A stretch of DNA of 64,000 nucleotides from Candidatus Magasanikiibacteriota bacterium (GTDB lineage Bacteria; Patescibacteriota; Patescibacteriia; Magasanikbacterales; UBA922). The notes under the pieces were generated by a model. The model made no database searches and was not told the origin of the DNA. It saw only the letters and a list, made by a program, of their open reading frames with translations. The DNA lies in the NCBI GenBank assembly GCA_018651085.1, contig JABIEQ010000014.1, positions 15,178 to 79,177 of the forward strand. Reading direction: 5' to 3'. Made by a program: the position numbers and the translations under genes. This document shows, piece after piece, positions 11,541 to 20,932 of the stretch (the first letter of the stretch is position 1; each line of letters begins with the position of its first letter).

Positions 11541-14384
11541 ATGGCATATATGAGAAGACATCTCCTCGCATTTATTATCATGGCAGTGGTTATTGGGGCC
11601 GCTAGTATTTCTGCATTAGCAGTAAATGCACAAATAGACATATTAAGTAATATTAACAATGCACAAAGTTGTACAGAAATAGAAGGACAAAGCCCTGTCA
11701 TTGATCCATTTACAGGAGAAGCCGAATGTCGATGTGAGTCCGGCCATGAAGTCAATGAAAAAGGGACAAAATGTGTCAAAGTTGAGATTACAACATGTCC
11801 AAGTGGAGAAGAAAAGAACATATTTGGAGAATGTATTCCAATTGTAGAACAAGATCCTGAACCAACTAGTTGTGAAAATAAAACATATAATCAAGGGGTG
11901 TACGACAATGTATATGATCTAGATGGGGACTGTCATATGTCAGAAGGGCCAGAGAATCTTCCAACAGGATATCCAATTGATTGTGATGATTCACTTCCTG
12001 ATGGAGCAGATAGATTTGAAAACTGTGAAGAAGTTGTAGAAACTTCTGAATGTCCAGAAGGACAAGAAATAAACCCAAACGGTGCTTGTGTACCTGTAAT
12101 TCAGGAAACACAAGGATGCCCAGAAGGGGAAGAGTTAAATCCTAATGGGGCATGTGTTCCTGTCGTAACAGAAGAAGATTGTGGAACAGAGCTATATAAC
12201 GTCGGGATCTATAACAATGTATATGATCTAGACGGGGATTGTCATATGTCAGAAGGCCCAGAGAATCTTCCAACAGGATATCCAATTGATTGTGATGATT
12301 CACTTCCTGATGGAGCAGATAGATTTGAAAACTGTGAAGAAGAAACAACTGACGAATGTCCAGATGGAACACATCTTGGCGTAACTGGGCCAAACGATAA
12401 AACACCAGCGTGTGTGCCGGACGAAGAAGGATGTGAAGAAGGTTTTGTTGTTGTTCCAGGGTATTCACCAAATGGATTACCAATAACAACATGTATTGAA
12501 GAAGAAGTAGGGTGTCCAGATGGAACACATCTTGGTGTAACTGGACCAAACGATAAAACACCAGCATGTGTACCAAACGTAGAACTAAGTGGGGAAGAAT
12601 GTGCTGAAGGAGAAGTATTACTACTTGCGTATGACGAAAATGGTGTTCCGGTAACGCAGTGTGTCACACAATGTGAAATAGGAACGACGCTACAACAAAC
12701 ACAAGTGGCTGGTGACACCGTATACACCTGTGTAGAGGTAGATACTGCATGTACGCCAGGACAAGTAACACAATTTTCTCAAACATCTATTACCCATGCA
12801 CTTCTTGAAGAATGTACAAATAGAGAAGACGTTTGTACAGGTTCAGGTGAAGTAGCAGAGTATAGTGTGACTGGATTATTCTTAGGATGTAATACCGGAT
12901 GCCCAGATGGACAAATTGTAATTAGTTATACAACAGACGATGGATTGAGTTATGAAGAGTGTGCAAATCCATCAGAAGATGATGTTTGCGATCCAAATGA
13001 ACATCCTGGGTTTCAAAGCACATCAATTATTGTGAACCAAACAACAGGAGAAGGACGTTGTTTAGAAGAAGATGAAGATATCTGCGAAGAAGGACAAGTT
13101 ATTGGGTACACATTTTCAGGATTACCAACATGTGTAGATCAATGTGCTGACGGAGAAATTATCTATGAGTGGACTGGAAAAGACGGTGAAGTGTATCAAG
13201 AATGTTATAGTCCAGAAGAAAATAACGACGAAGGCTATGACGATGTTTGTGAAGAAGATCAAGTACTGACTATTCAAAGTACAAATGTAGAAAATCATCA
13301 AATCATTGCAGAATGCTTAGATGAAGATCTTATTTGTGAAGAAGGACAAGAAGTCATTTATGATGGATCTGGTCTTGCAAGTTGTGCTGATAGGTGTGAA
13401 AACGGAGAAGTACCAATATTAGGATACGATCCAAATGGTCTACCAACAAGCATTTGTGTAGAAGAAAATGAAGACATTTGTGAAGATGGAGAAATATTAG
13501 GATATGATGCCAACGGTCTTCCTTTAGGTGATGGTGAATGTGTAGAGGAAGAAGAAGTATGTGCAGACGGAGAAATATTAGTACACACTACAACTGGCTA
13601 TGGAGTCTGCCAAGAAGAAGAAGTTGGTTGTCCAGCGGGATACGTGGCTTTCTATGATGGTTCAGGAGCACTCTTTTGTGAAGTACCAGAAGCAGGATGT
13701 GTAGACGGACAAGTATCAGCTCCGGTACAAACAATTGTTATCCAACAAGCAAATACTAGTTACGAAGAAACAATTTATAGTTGTTATGAACCAGAAGATG
13801 CCTGTACAGATAGTGAAAGTGGAGCATTATTTAGCCAAGCAGCAACAACTGGACTTGGTGGATGTCAAGAAAACTGTCCAGCAGGGCAATTGCTCGTAGA
13901 AGCACAAAGTGCGACAGGTGAACCGTACCTAACTTGCGAAAGTCCAATTGAACCGGCATTTTTCCAACAATACAGTGGAGAAGGGAATACTGATGACGAT
14001 GAAGAAAATCAAGATGGACAGGTGTTTGTGGCAATATCATCTGGATCAGGAGCAGATGCTGACGAAACAGTATACGTAAAGAAAAACAAAGAAGAGGCTT
14101 GCCCTGCAGGAACAAGCTTGTTACTAGATCAATCAAATAGAGCAAGTTGTGTAAGAGAATGTCCAGTGGATCACATTAGAACAGAAAGACGATTACGTGG
14201 AACAAAGTTCCAAGAGTGTGTACCACTCACAAGCCTTACAGAAAGAGAACAACGCCAAGCACTAAGAAGTACAAATGCAAATGATAAACGAGTATATGTA
14301 CTTGTCGGAATTGCAATAGTACTTGTAGCATTGCTAGTCGGATTATTCACTCAAGCAAAAAAGAAAGAAGAAATCGGACAATAA
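11541..14384 (+). CDS. large secreted/surface Cys-rich acidic repeat protein with a C-terminal transmembrane anchor
   Basis: Signal peptide, about 947 aa, dozens of CP(D/E)G...C repeats, internal near-identical nucleotide duplications, and a C-terminal hydrophobic helix VYVLVGIAIVLVALLVGLF followed by a KKKEE tail. Confidence 0.7.
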   Translation: MAYMRRHLLAFIIMAVVIGAASISALAVNAQIDILSNINNAQSCTEIEGQSPVIDPFTGEAECRCESGHEVNEKGTKCVKVEITTCPSGEEKNIFGECIPIVEQDPEPTSCENKTYNQGVYDNVYDLDGDCHMSEGPENLPTGYPIDCDDSLPDGADRFENCEEVVETSECPEGQEINPNGACVPVIQETQGCPEGEELNPNGACVPVVTEEDCGTELYNVGIYNNVYDLDGDCHMSEGPENLPTGYPIDCDDSLPDGADRFENCEEETTDECPDGTHLGVTGPNDKTPACVPDEEGCEEGFVVVPGYSPNGLPITTCIEEEVGCPDGTHLGVTGPNDKTPACVPNVELSGEECAEGEVLLLAYDENGVPVTQCVTQCEIGTTLQQTQVAGDTVYTCVEVDTACTPGQVTQFSQTSITHALLEECTNREDVCTGSGEVAEYSVTGLFLGCNTGCPDGQIVISYTTDDGLSYEECANPSEDDVCDPNEHPGFQSTSIIVNQTTGEGRCLEEDEDICEEGQVIGYTFSGLPTCVDQCADGEIIYEWTGKDGEVYQECYSPEENNDEGYDDVCEEDQVLTIQSTNVENHQIIAECLDEDLICEEGQEVIYDGSGLASCADRCENGEVPILGYDPNGLPTSICVEENEDICEDGEILGYDANGLPLGDGECVEEEEVCADGEILVHTTTGYGVCQEEEVGCPAGYVAFYDGSGALFCEVPEAGCVDGQVSAPVQTIVIQQANTSYEETIYSCYEPEDACTDSESGALFSQAATTGLGGCQENCPAGQLLVEAQSATGEPYLTCESPIEPAFFQQYSGEGNTDDDEENQDGQVFVAISSGSGADADETVYVKKNKEEACPAGTSLLLDQSNRASCVRECPVDHIRTERRLRGTKFQECVPLTSLTEREQRQALRSTNANDKRVYVLVGIAIVLVALLVGLFTQAKKKEEIGQ

Positions 14385-14392
14385 GACAATAA

Positions 14393-14432
14393 AAAAAGAA
14401 CCCCATTAACGGGGTTCTTTTTTTGACCATGG
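14393..14432. terminator. bidirectional rho-independent terminator
   Basis: The sequence aaaaaaagaaccccattaacggggttcttttttt is a perfect hairpin flanked by an A-run and a T-run. Confidence 0.7.
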
Positions 14433-14489
14433 TATTTCCTCATGGGTATGGTATACTAATTACTATCATTTTTTTAAGAAAAGATTCAT

Positions 14490-15938
14490 ATGAAAAAAGA
14501 TATTATAGTAATACTATCTGGGATATGTATTTTGATTATAATAGGAGTCTCTATTTTTCTGGTACACGAAAAAAGAGAAAACACACAAGGTGATTCGTTA
14601 GTAGAACAGATAGATAATGCCACTTCAATACATGAAGAAAATAACGTGAAAAGAAAATTTAGAGAGTTCAACATAGATCTTTCGATGCATTCTATTGATC
14701 TTAATGCTATTCTCGACGGAGGACCGGGGAAAGATGGCATTCCAGCACTTACAAATCCAAAAACTGTATCGCTTGATGATGTTGATACAAAGGAAGATAT
14801 TCTTGGTATTTTGGTAGAAATAAATGATGAGAAAAAATATTATCCATACAATGTGCTAGTATGGCATGAAATTATTAATGATACTTTAGGTGGAAAAGAA
14901 ATAGCCGTAACATTCTGTCCATTATGTGGATCAGCAATTGTATTTGATAGGGACGTAGAAGGAGAAATACTTGATTTTGGTGTAAGTGGTAAATTGTTTG
15001 AGTCAAATCTACTTATGTATGATACACAAACAGATTCTCTATGGTCTCAAGCAAAGGGAGAAGCTGTAGTAGGAGAAAAGACAGACACAAAGCTTACACG
15101 TATTCCATTTCAACTATTATCGTTTAAACAAATTCGTGAAAAAGAGGAAAACCTTGATGTTGTAAGTACAGACACAGGGTTTAAAAGAGACTATAGTGTG
15201 TACCCATATGGTGATTACGAAGAAAATGACAGTATGGTATTTCCTGTAAGCGTCAATGATAAAAGATATTTTGCAAAAGAAATAATGTATGTATTTTCTC
15301 TAAAAGATACATCAATAAGTTTCCCCGTTAATACGATAGAAAACGGCCTCTTTTCTTTTACAATAGAGGATAAAGAGATATACATTAAAAAAGATGGTGG
15401 AGAAATTTTTATTACAGATAATGGATCTGTCATACCCGGATATTACGAAATGTGGTTTTCTTGGGCAACGCACCATCAATTAGATGGCATAGTTTTGCCT
15501 AATCATGAATTTACACAAGGACATAATGAAGAAGAGAAAGAAACTGAGAAAAATAAAGAAACCACCTATAGTGGGGAAGTACTTGCAGGAAAAACGGCAT
15601 TAGTTATTGATTTTAATCAAGAAGATTACAACAAAGCAAAAGAAGAAGAAAAAAACATCATGCTCTATTTTTATGCAACCTGGTGCCCTCTTTGTAAGGA
15701 AGAGTTGAAAGATCTATATGCGGCATTTAACGATATAGAAAAAGAAAATATAATTGCATTTAGAGTGAATTATAAAGATGGAGAAACACAAAAGGAAGAA
15801 AAACAGTTAGCAAAAGAATTCGGTGTGGCATATCAACACACCAAGATTTTCATAAAAGATGGAGAAAGAATACACAAAACACCCGAAACCTGGAATAAAG
15901 TACAATATGAAGAAGAAGTAATACGTATTTTTAATTAA
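14490..15938 (+). CDS. membrane-anchored DUF3179-like domain fused to a C-terminal thioredoxin-like domain
   Basis: N-terminal TM helix. A central CPLCG-containing domain resembling DUF3179. A C-terminal thioredoxin fold with WCPLC (ATWCPLCKEE). Confidence 0.55.
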   Translation: MKKDIIVILSGICILIIIGVSIFLVHEKRENTQGDSLVEQIDNATSIHEENNVKRKFREFNIDLSMHSIDLNAILDGGPGKDGIPALTNPKTVSLDDVDTKEDILGILVEINDEKKYYPYNVLVWHEIINDTLGGKEIAVTFCPLCGSAIVFDRDVEGEILDFGVSGKLFESNLLMYDTQTDSLWSQAKGEAVVGEKTDTKLTRIPFQLLSFKQIREKEENLDVVSTDTGFKRDYSVYPYGDYEENDSMVFPVSVNDKRYFAKEIMYVFSLKDTSISFPVNTIENGLFSFTIEDKEIYIKKDGGEIFITDNGSVIPGYYEMWFSWATHHQLDGIVLPNHEFTQGHNEEEKETEKNKETTYSGEVLAGKTALVIDFNQEDYNKAKEEEKNIMLYFYATWCPLCKEELKDLYAAFNDIEKENIIAFRVNYKDGETQKEEKQLAKEFGVAYQHTKIFIKDGERIHKTPETWNKVQYEEEVIRIFN

Positions 15939-15943
15939 CATAT

Positions 15944-16654
15944 ATGGGAGATATATCAATCATCTTTGCTTTTTTAGGGGGAGTCGTATCCTTTCTTTCT
16001 CCATGTGTATTACCAATAATCCCTGGTTTTTTAGCATATCTCGCTGGGTCATCATTAGAAAATCCAAGTAGAGAAGAGCGAAGAGAAATGTTTATAAATA
16101 GTCTTTTCTTCGTATTAGGGTTTTCTCTTATATTTGCCATCCTTGGAGTCCTTTTAAATACTGTGCTAGAAGCAATTGCGTATGATGTACAAAACTGGTT
16201 AGCACGCATTGGAGGAATCATTATTATATTTTTTGGGATCTATCTTACCGGAATTATTAAAGTACCTTTTTTAGAAAAAGAGCATAAGGTACTTATTAAA
16301 AGAAAATTTAAATCAAAATATCTAACCTCATTTATATTTGGCCTTGCATTTGCCGTGGGTTGGACTCCTTGTGTAGGAGCAGCACTCGGAGCAATTTTAG
16401 GACTTGCCGCATCTCAACCAGGAGCAGCATTTATATTATTATTTGCATATTCTTTAGGGCTTGGGTTACCATTTATTATTACCGCAATATTTGCGGCGGG
16501 AGCAACAAAACTCATAAAAAAGGTAGGCCCTTGGCTTAAATACGTTATGATTATCTTTGGAATTATCCTTATCATCTTAGGAGTACTGGTATTTACCCAA
16601 TTACTGAGTCGTGTTGCGGATTTTAGTATACTTACCATGCTTTTATCTCGATAA
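15944..16654 (+). CDS. ccdA: cytochrome c biogenesis / thiol-disulfide electron transfer protein CcdA (DsbD family)
   Basis: Conserved Cys-containing TM motifs LSPCVLPIIPG and GWTPCVGAALGAIL, six predicted TM helices. Confidence 0.8.
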   Translation: MGDISIIFAFLGGVVSFLSPCVLPIIPGFLAYLAGSSLENPSREERREMFINSLFFVLGFSLIFAILGVLLNTVLEAIAYDVQNWLARIGGIIIIFFGIYLTGIIKVPFLEKEHKVLIKRKFKSKYLTSFIFGLAFAVGWTPCVGAALGAILGLAASQPGAAFILLFAYSLGLGLPFIITAIFAAGATKLIKKVGPWLKYVMIIFGIILIILGVLVFTQLLSRVADFSILTMLLSR

Positions 16655-16710
16655 ATGTGCTTGAGAAGAGAAAAAACTAATGGTACAATAAGGCTATTAA
16701 CATAGATCAT

Positions 16711-17427
16711 ATGGAGTTTGGACACTCACTCGTCATCATTGCTGTACTTACATTAAGTTTATTACGATACAAAACAGGGAGCCTTTGTCTTGCCTGTACA
16801 AAGCATGGAAATAAAATCATGTCTTTTATCATTGGGGCGGCAATCATGCTTATCTTTTTGCATCTTCTCAGTGTCGTTTATTTTGAAATTGGTTCCCTTC
16901 ATCCCTTTCTTATTTTATTACTCCCAATAGGATTTTGTACGTTTTTGTTTATCGAGCAACACGTGCAACATCACAAGAGAAAAGATATACAAACAGAAGA
17001 AGCACGAACAGTGCATCTAGTGCTTTCAGCAATAACGGGTATATTAGTAGGATTTGCACTTATTCAAAATACACAAAGTAGTTTAGTAGATGGAATACTC
17101 CTTATTTTCGTCTTTGTGTTATATGATCTTATTGATACGATAACGTTACATTCGTTGCATCATAGAAAAGAAGTTGTTTCAATGAAGCATAAGCTAAGAC
17201 GTGTATTGTTTAGTCTTGCTCCAGTATACGGATACGTCATTGGTCTGTTAATTAATATCCCACGAGTCATTCACTTTGGTATTGTGGCATTTCTTACCGG
17301 AATTATCTTACATGCTATCTTTAGAGAGATTATTCCAGAAGAAAAACGTATCCTCCCATTATACTTCAGTATAGGTGTACTATTTTTTGTAGGGTTATTT
17401 TTCCTTGATGCTTTTCTTGTTTCATAA
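16711..17427 (+). CDS. polytopic membrane protein, possibly a ZIP-family metal transporter
   Basis: Multiple TM helices, a His-rich loop HVQHHKRKD, and a HAIFREIIPEE segment reminiscent of the ZIP HxxxE...PE motif. The assignment is weak. Confidence 0.35.
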   Translation: MEFGHSLVIIAVLTLSLLRYKTGSLCLACTKHGNKIMSFIIGAAIMLIFLHLLSVVYFEIGSLHPFLILLLPIGFCTFLFIEQHVQHHKRKDIQTEEARTVHLVLSAITGILVGFALIQNTQSSLVDGILLIFVFVLYDLIDTITLHSLHHRKEVVSMKHKLRRVLFSLAPVYGYVIGLLINIPRVIHFGIVAFLTGIILHAIFREIIPEEKRILPLYFSIGVLFFVGLFFLDAFLVS

Positions 17428-17429
17428 AT

Positions 17430-17795
17430 ATGAAACTAAATTTCAATAAAGAATATACAAAAAGACCAGAAGCTCTTATCCGTGTATGTGGGTATGGGAA
17501 ACTTATAAGTCCAAGGACAGGGCAGGTCAGTTACGCAAGACATCTACGTCGTGGAGCGCGATATCCGCGTTTTCATTGTTATATAGATGAAAAGGATACA
17601 ACCTTTACCATAAACCTTCACCTTGATCAAAAACAAGCCTCCTACGGTACACATACAGCCCATGGCGGAGATTATGATGGGCAAGCAGTAGAAGAAGAAG
17701 CAAAACGAATACAAGAAGTGATAGATGAACACCTGATAGAAAAAAAAGAAGTGCCCGTAGACACCCCAACATATGATCTTTCAATGTTTGGTTAA
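17430..17795 (+). CDS. hypothetical protein
   Basis: A 121-aa ORF in frame with good coding appearance. No recognisable family. Confidence 0.4.
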   Translation: MKLNFNKEYTKRPEALIRVCGYGKLISPRTGQVSYARHLRRGARYPRFHCYIDEKDTTFTINLHLDQKQASYGTHTAHGGDYDGQAVEEEAKRIQEVIDEHLIEKKEVPVDTPTYDLSMFG

Positions 17796-18631
17796 CGACG
17801 AAAAGGAATAGACAAGATAAACACAATAATAAAATGAATTAAGGAAATAATAAGTGCATAGGTAAATAGTGCAATAAAGATTCCTAAGAAATGGTTGGTG
17901 CTTACTATAAAGTCAGTAATATTAACACCAATAAGGATAGCAGCGATATTAATAAGCAAAAGTACAACAAGAAGCCATAAAAAACCATGTATCATCACCT
18001 TTTGATCTTGGCGACTCGGAGCAAGGTGAGAAGCAACACAAAAAGAAAGATATAAAAATAACCAAAATTGCCACGTAGAAAAAGAAGAGAGTGTTAATAG
18101 ACCTGAAAGGGTCTGTTTTATGGTAGAAAAAATAAGAGAAAGAGAAGAATCAGTATAAAGAGGTAAGTCTAAAAAAGTTGTACCAGGTAAAAGAAAACGA
18201 AACAATAGATAAAGCACAAGAGATCCAAAGATCATAGGAGCAGCTCCTATGAAAAAGTTTCCAATACGAGCCCATAGATTCCATTTATGATACGTATGGT
18301 CAACATGACCAAGCCCGCCAGTCCTTTTATTAGGCTTAAATAATGATATTGAAGTCACTCTATGCATAAAGAGTTTTGCCATTAAGGCGTGACTCAATTC
18401 ATGTATTGGAGTACCTAACCATGCTGTCCACAAAATACCCTTCCAACCAACAGTACGCTGATATAGGTTTTGTGTTTGTTGTTGAAACATAGATAGAAGA
18501 AAACCAAAAACAAAAAAGATGCCAAAGACACCAATGATTTGTATGGTCACTGCACTAACCAAAGGAAAAATAAATTCTGAAAGAAAAGTATTATCCATAA
18601 ATAACAACACCAATGGCAACAAGAAGATCAA
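17792..18631 (-). CDS. membrane protein with an HExxH motif (putative intramembrane zinc metallopeptidase-like)
   Basis: Polytopic membrane protein containing IHELSHAL followed by GHVDH. The start may be the internal ATG (MDNTF). Confidence 0.4.
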   Translation of the reverse strand: MIFLLPLVLLFMDNTFLSEFIFPLVSAVTIQIIGVFGIFFVFGFLLSMFQQQTQNLYQRTVGWKGILWTAWLGTPIHELSHALMAKLFMHRVTSISLFKPNKRTGGLGHVDHTYHKWNLWARIGNFFIGAAPMIFGSLVLYLLFRFLLPGTTFLDLPLYTDSSLSLIFSTIKQTLSGLLTLSSFSTWQFWLFLYLSFCVASHLAPSRQDQKVMIHGFLWLLVVLLLINIAAILIGVNITDFIVSTNHFLGIFIALFTYALIISLIHFIIVFILSIPFRR

Positions 18632-18926
18632 TTAAGAACCATAAAAAGGCACTAGCGATAATAGGTTTTTCTTTATGTAAAAAACCGTACATCATCCAAG
18701 TCATGTTCATAAAGGCATTAAAGGCAAAGGTAGTAAAAGAAACTCCTGCTGCCGTTTGATCATGATAGATTTTATATACCTGTGTGCTTGCGATAAGTGG
18801 TCCAGCAATACCAATCACGTACACAAACTTGTCCATGAATCGTTTGAAAGGATGGTTGTGAGGGTAGGGTTCCATTTTTTTCTTTTTTCGCTTGCGTTTA
18901 TGGATGTGATGAATTGGGGTAGACAT
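18591..18926 (-). CDS. small membrane protein, hypothetical
   Basis: Basic N-terminus and 3 predicted TM helices. It overlaps the start of the downstream minus-strand gene. Confidence 0.35.
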   Translation of the reverse strand: MSTPIHHIHKRKRKKKKMEPYPHNHPFKRFMDKFVYVIGIAGPLIASTQVYKIYHDQTAAGVSFTTFAFNAFMNMTWMMYGFLHKEKPIIASAFLWFLIDLLVAIGVVIYG

Positions 18927-19063
18927 AGATAAAGTTAATATATATAGAAGTATAACATGTTTAAGAAAGCTACTCTATAATACAGTTGACAAAACAATGT
19001 GAAAAAGATAGGTTTGAGATAAGAAACTACAGAAGCCAACACGCTTCGAACCAAGAGGAGGGA

Positions 19064-19306
19064 ATGAGAGTACGTGCAAATATGGGGCTTGAGGAGTGGA
19101 ACAACCTGAAAGTCGGGGATACGATCGAGGACAACATCCGGAATACCTGGGAGGTCATTAAAGAAAGTGAAAAGTCCTTAGGTCAGTCAAAGGTGTTCAC
19201 CTTCAAGACTTCTGAGGGGGATATGCAGGATCTCGTGATGGCTCGAGGTATCATCATTGCCTTTGAAAGCATTGACGCCTTCCTCGACCTGAACACCCTG
19301 CAGTAA
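19064..19306 (+). CDS. small G+C-rich hypothetical protein (81 aa)
   Basis: AGGAGG RBS 6 nt upstream of the ATG. Its composition is clearly more G+C-rich than the neighbouring genes. It is followed by a GC-rich hairpin. Confidence 0.45.
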   Translation: MRVRANMGLEEWNNLKVGDTIEDNIRNTWEVIKESEKSLGQSKVFTFKTSEGDMQDLVMARGIIIAFESIDAFLDLNTLQ

Positions 19307-19347
19307 CCCCGCCGCAGGTCGACCCGCCGAAAAGTCCCACCAAACCT

Positions 19348-19383
19348 ACTCGTCCGGGCCTTCGAAAAGAGGTCCGGACGAGT
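19348..19383 (+). terminator. GC-rich stem-loop (actcgtccgg...ccggacgagt)
   Basis: A 10-bp perfect stem with a 16-nt loop immediately after the GC-rich small ORF. Confidence 0.5.
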
Positions 19384-19402
19384 AAAGAAAAAAATAAAAA
19401 AT

Positions 19403-20074
19403 ATGACAGAATTAATTAGTACAAGAGATATTAAAAATCTCAAAGAAAAACTACCTACGGATAGGCATGATTTTTATACTTCACAATTTAAAAAAATAGA
19501 TGAAGGTGGAAAAGCCGACAGAGCTGTTGATGTTGTAGCTCTACTTTTGTTTACATCAGATGGACATATCATTTTACAAAAAAGATCTCATACAAAAAGA
19601 CATAACCCTTACTTAATAGATAAATCAGTGGGTGGACATATTAAATACGGAGACACCCCACTATATACTCTGATGGTAGAAACTGTACAAGAGTTACAAG
19701 TGCCTTCAATTGTTCTTCGTACCTATAATGATTTTATAAAAACATATACGCTTTTACACACCTATTTAGATAGCATAGCCATTGTGAAAGAACTTGATAG
19801 AAAAGTATATGCCATGAATAGAGTCGTTGATGGAAAAAAATACCAAATGCTAAATAACGCTTACGTATATATAGGAGTATACGGAGGAGCTACTAAACCG
19901 GTAGACCAAGAAGCTAGTGGTATACTTTTTTATGATCTAGATGTATTAAAAAAAGAGATGGAAAAAAAACCCGAATCATTTACCTATGATTTGAGGTTCT
20001 ATCTAGAAAAATATCAATACGAGATACAAACATTTCTCAACTATCTTTCTCAACCACAATTACTCACAAAATAA
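19403..20074 (+). CDS. Nudix-fold protein with a degenerate Nudix box, hypothetical
   Basis: Nudix-like beta strand VDVVALLLFTSDGHIILQKRS and a degenerate box GGHIKYGDTPLYTLMVETVQEL. Confidence 0.35.
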   Translation: MTELISTRDIKNLKEKLPTDRHDFYTSQFKKIDEGGKADRAVDVVALLLFTSDGHIILQKRSHTKRHNPYLIDKSVGGHIKYGDTPLYTLMVETVQELQVPSIVLRTYNDFIKTYTLLHTYLDSIAIVKELDRKVYAMNRVVDGKKYQMLNNAYVYIGVYGGATKPVDQEASGILFYDLDVLKKEMEKKPESFTYDLRFYLEKYQYEIQTFLNYLSQPQLLTK

Positions 20075-20076
20075 AA

Positions 20077-20100
20077 AACCCCTTACGGGGATTTTTATTT
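20077..20100. terminator. bidirectional terminator (aaaacccc-ttac-ggggatttt)
   Basis: The hairpin sits between the convergent gene 19403..20074 and rpmA. Confidence 0.65.
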
Positions 20101-20387
20101 TAGACAGTTGTTTCTGGAATCACGTTGATAAACTTTGCAAGTTTGAGTGATCCATCAAAGCGAAGCTTCTTTCTTTGATTGTATTTAACCTTTCCAGTTG
20201 CTACAGCGTATAAGGTATCATCCTTTCCACGCTTCACATTCTTTCCTGGTCGAATTTTTGTTCCTCGTTGTCTAATGAGGATTGTTCCGGGTGTAACAGT
20301 TTGACCGTCACCAACCTTAGGACCTAGGTACTTAGGATTGGAATCTCGGCCCAATCTGGTCGATCCACCCGCCTTTTTATGTGCCAT
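20100..20387 (-). CDS. rpmA: 50S ribosomal protein L27
   Basis: [22 protein letters not shown]...[11 protein letters not shown] matches the L27 N-terminus almost residue for residue. Start set at the ATG of MAHKK rather than the upstream GTG. Confidence 0.9.
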   Translation of the reverse strand: MAHKKAGGSTRLGRDSNPKYLGPKVGDGQTVTPGTILIRQRGTKIRPGKNVKRGKDDTLYAVATGKVKYNQRKKLRFDGSLKLAKFINVIPETTV

Positions 20388-20493
20388 ACAAATGCATGTA
20401 GTCACTTAAGCCGTCCACCCTCACCTCCCATGAGTGCGTCGCTAACCATACCGTAAATTGAAATCAAAAGAAGTATAGGAGATTTTGGTTGTC

Positions 20494-20522
20494 TTGTCAA
20501 GAGAGAAAGGTTTGGGTATACT
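20494..20522 (+). promoter_or_regulatory. sigma70-like promoter (TTGTCA-17-TATACT)
   Basis: A -35 TTGTCA at 20494-20499 and a -10 TATACT at 20517-20522 with 17-nt spacing, upstream of the gene at 20566. Confidence 0.4.
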
Positions 20523-20565
20523 ACTCATGTTTTTGGCTCTATAAACGTTAATAATTCTTATTTTT

Positions 20566-20928
20566 GTGTCAGACACCATCTATCCAATCAAACTATATAT
20601 CAAGCACCTCCCAATTGCTATTATGGGAGGCGCATCAATACTTGCAAATCTTCTTACGTGGGGATGGCTATTATGGTATATTCAGCCACAAGATGGGTTT
20701 ATTTTCCTTCACTATAATATCCTTTTTGGGGTAGATTATTCAGGAGAGTGGTGGCGAGTGCTTTATTTACCACTTATTGGCTTTCTTATCTTTTGTGTAA
20801 ATGCAATCTTGGCATGGCTTCTTTTTCATAAAGATAAGTTTATTGCTCAACTTCTACATGCAGTTTCGCTATTTTGTCAGATTTTCCTATTTATCATTGC
20901 GCAAATTTTGATCTTCTTAAACGTGTAG
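20566..20928 (+). CDS. hypothetical membrane protein
   Basis: 120 aa with 3-4 predicted TM helices. Confidence 0.4.
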   Translation: MSDTIYPIKLYIKHLPIAIMGGASILANLLTWGWLLWYIQPQDGFIFLHYNILFGVDYSGEWWRVLYLPLIGFLIFCVNAILAWLLFHKDKFIAQLLHAVSLFCQIFLFIIAQILIFLNV

Positions 20929-20932
20929 TATT

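Noticed and set aside
11900-12600. Diversity-generating retroelement template/variable repeats in the giant surface gene
   Set aside because: Differences between copies are synonymous and not adenine-specific, and no reverse transcriptase gene is nearby.
20388-20405. Upstream GTG start giving L27 an N-terminal propeptide (Prp-cleaved as in Firmicutes)
   Set aside because: No FFA cleavage motif. The sequence from MAHKK matches the E. coli-type mature N-terminus, so the ATG at 20387 is preferred.
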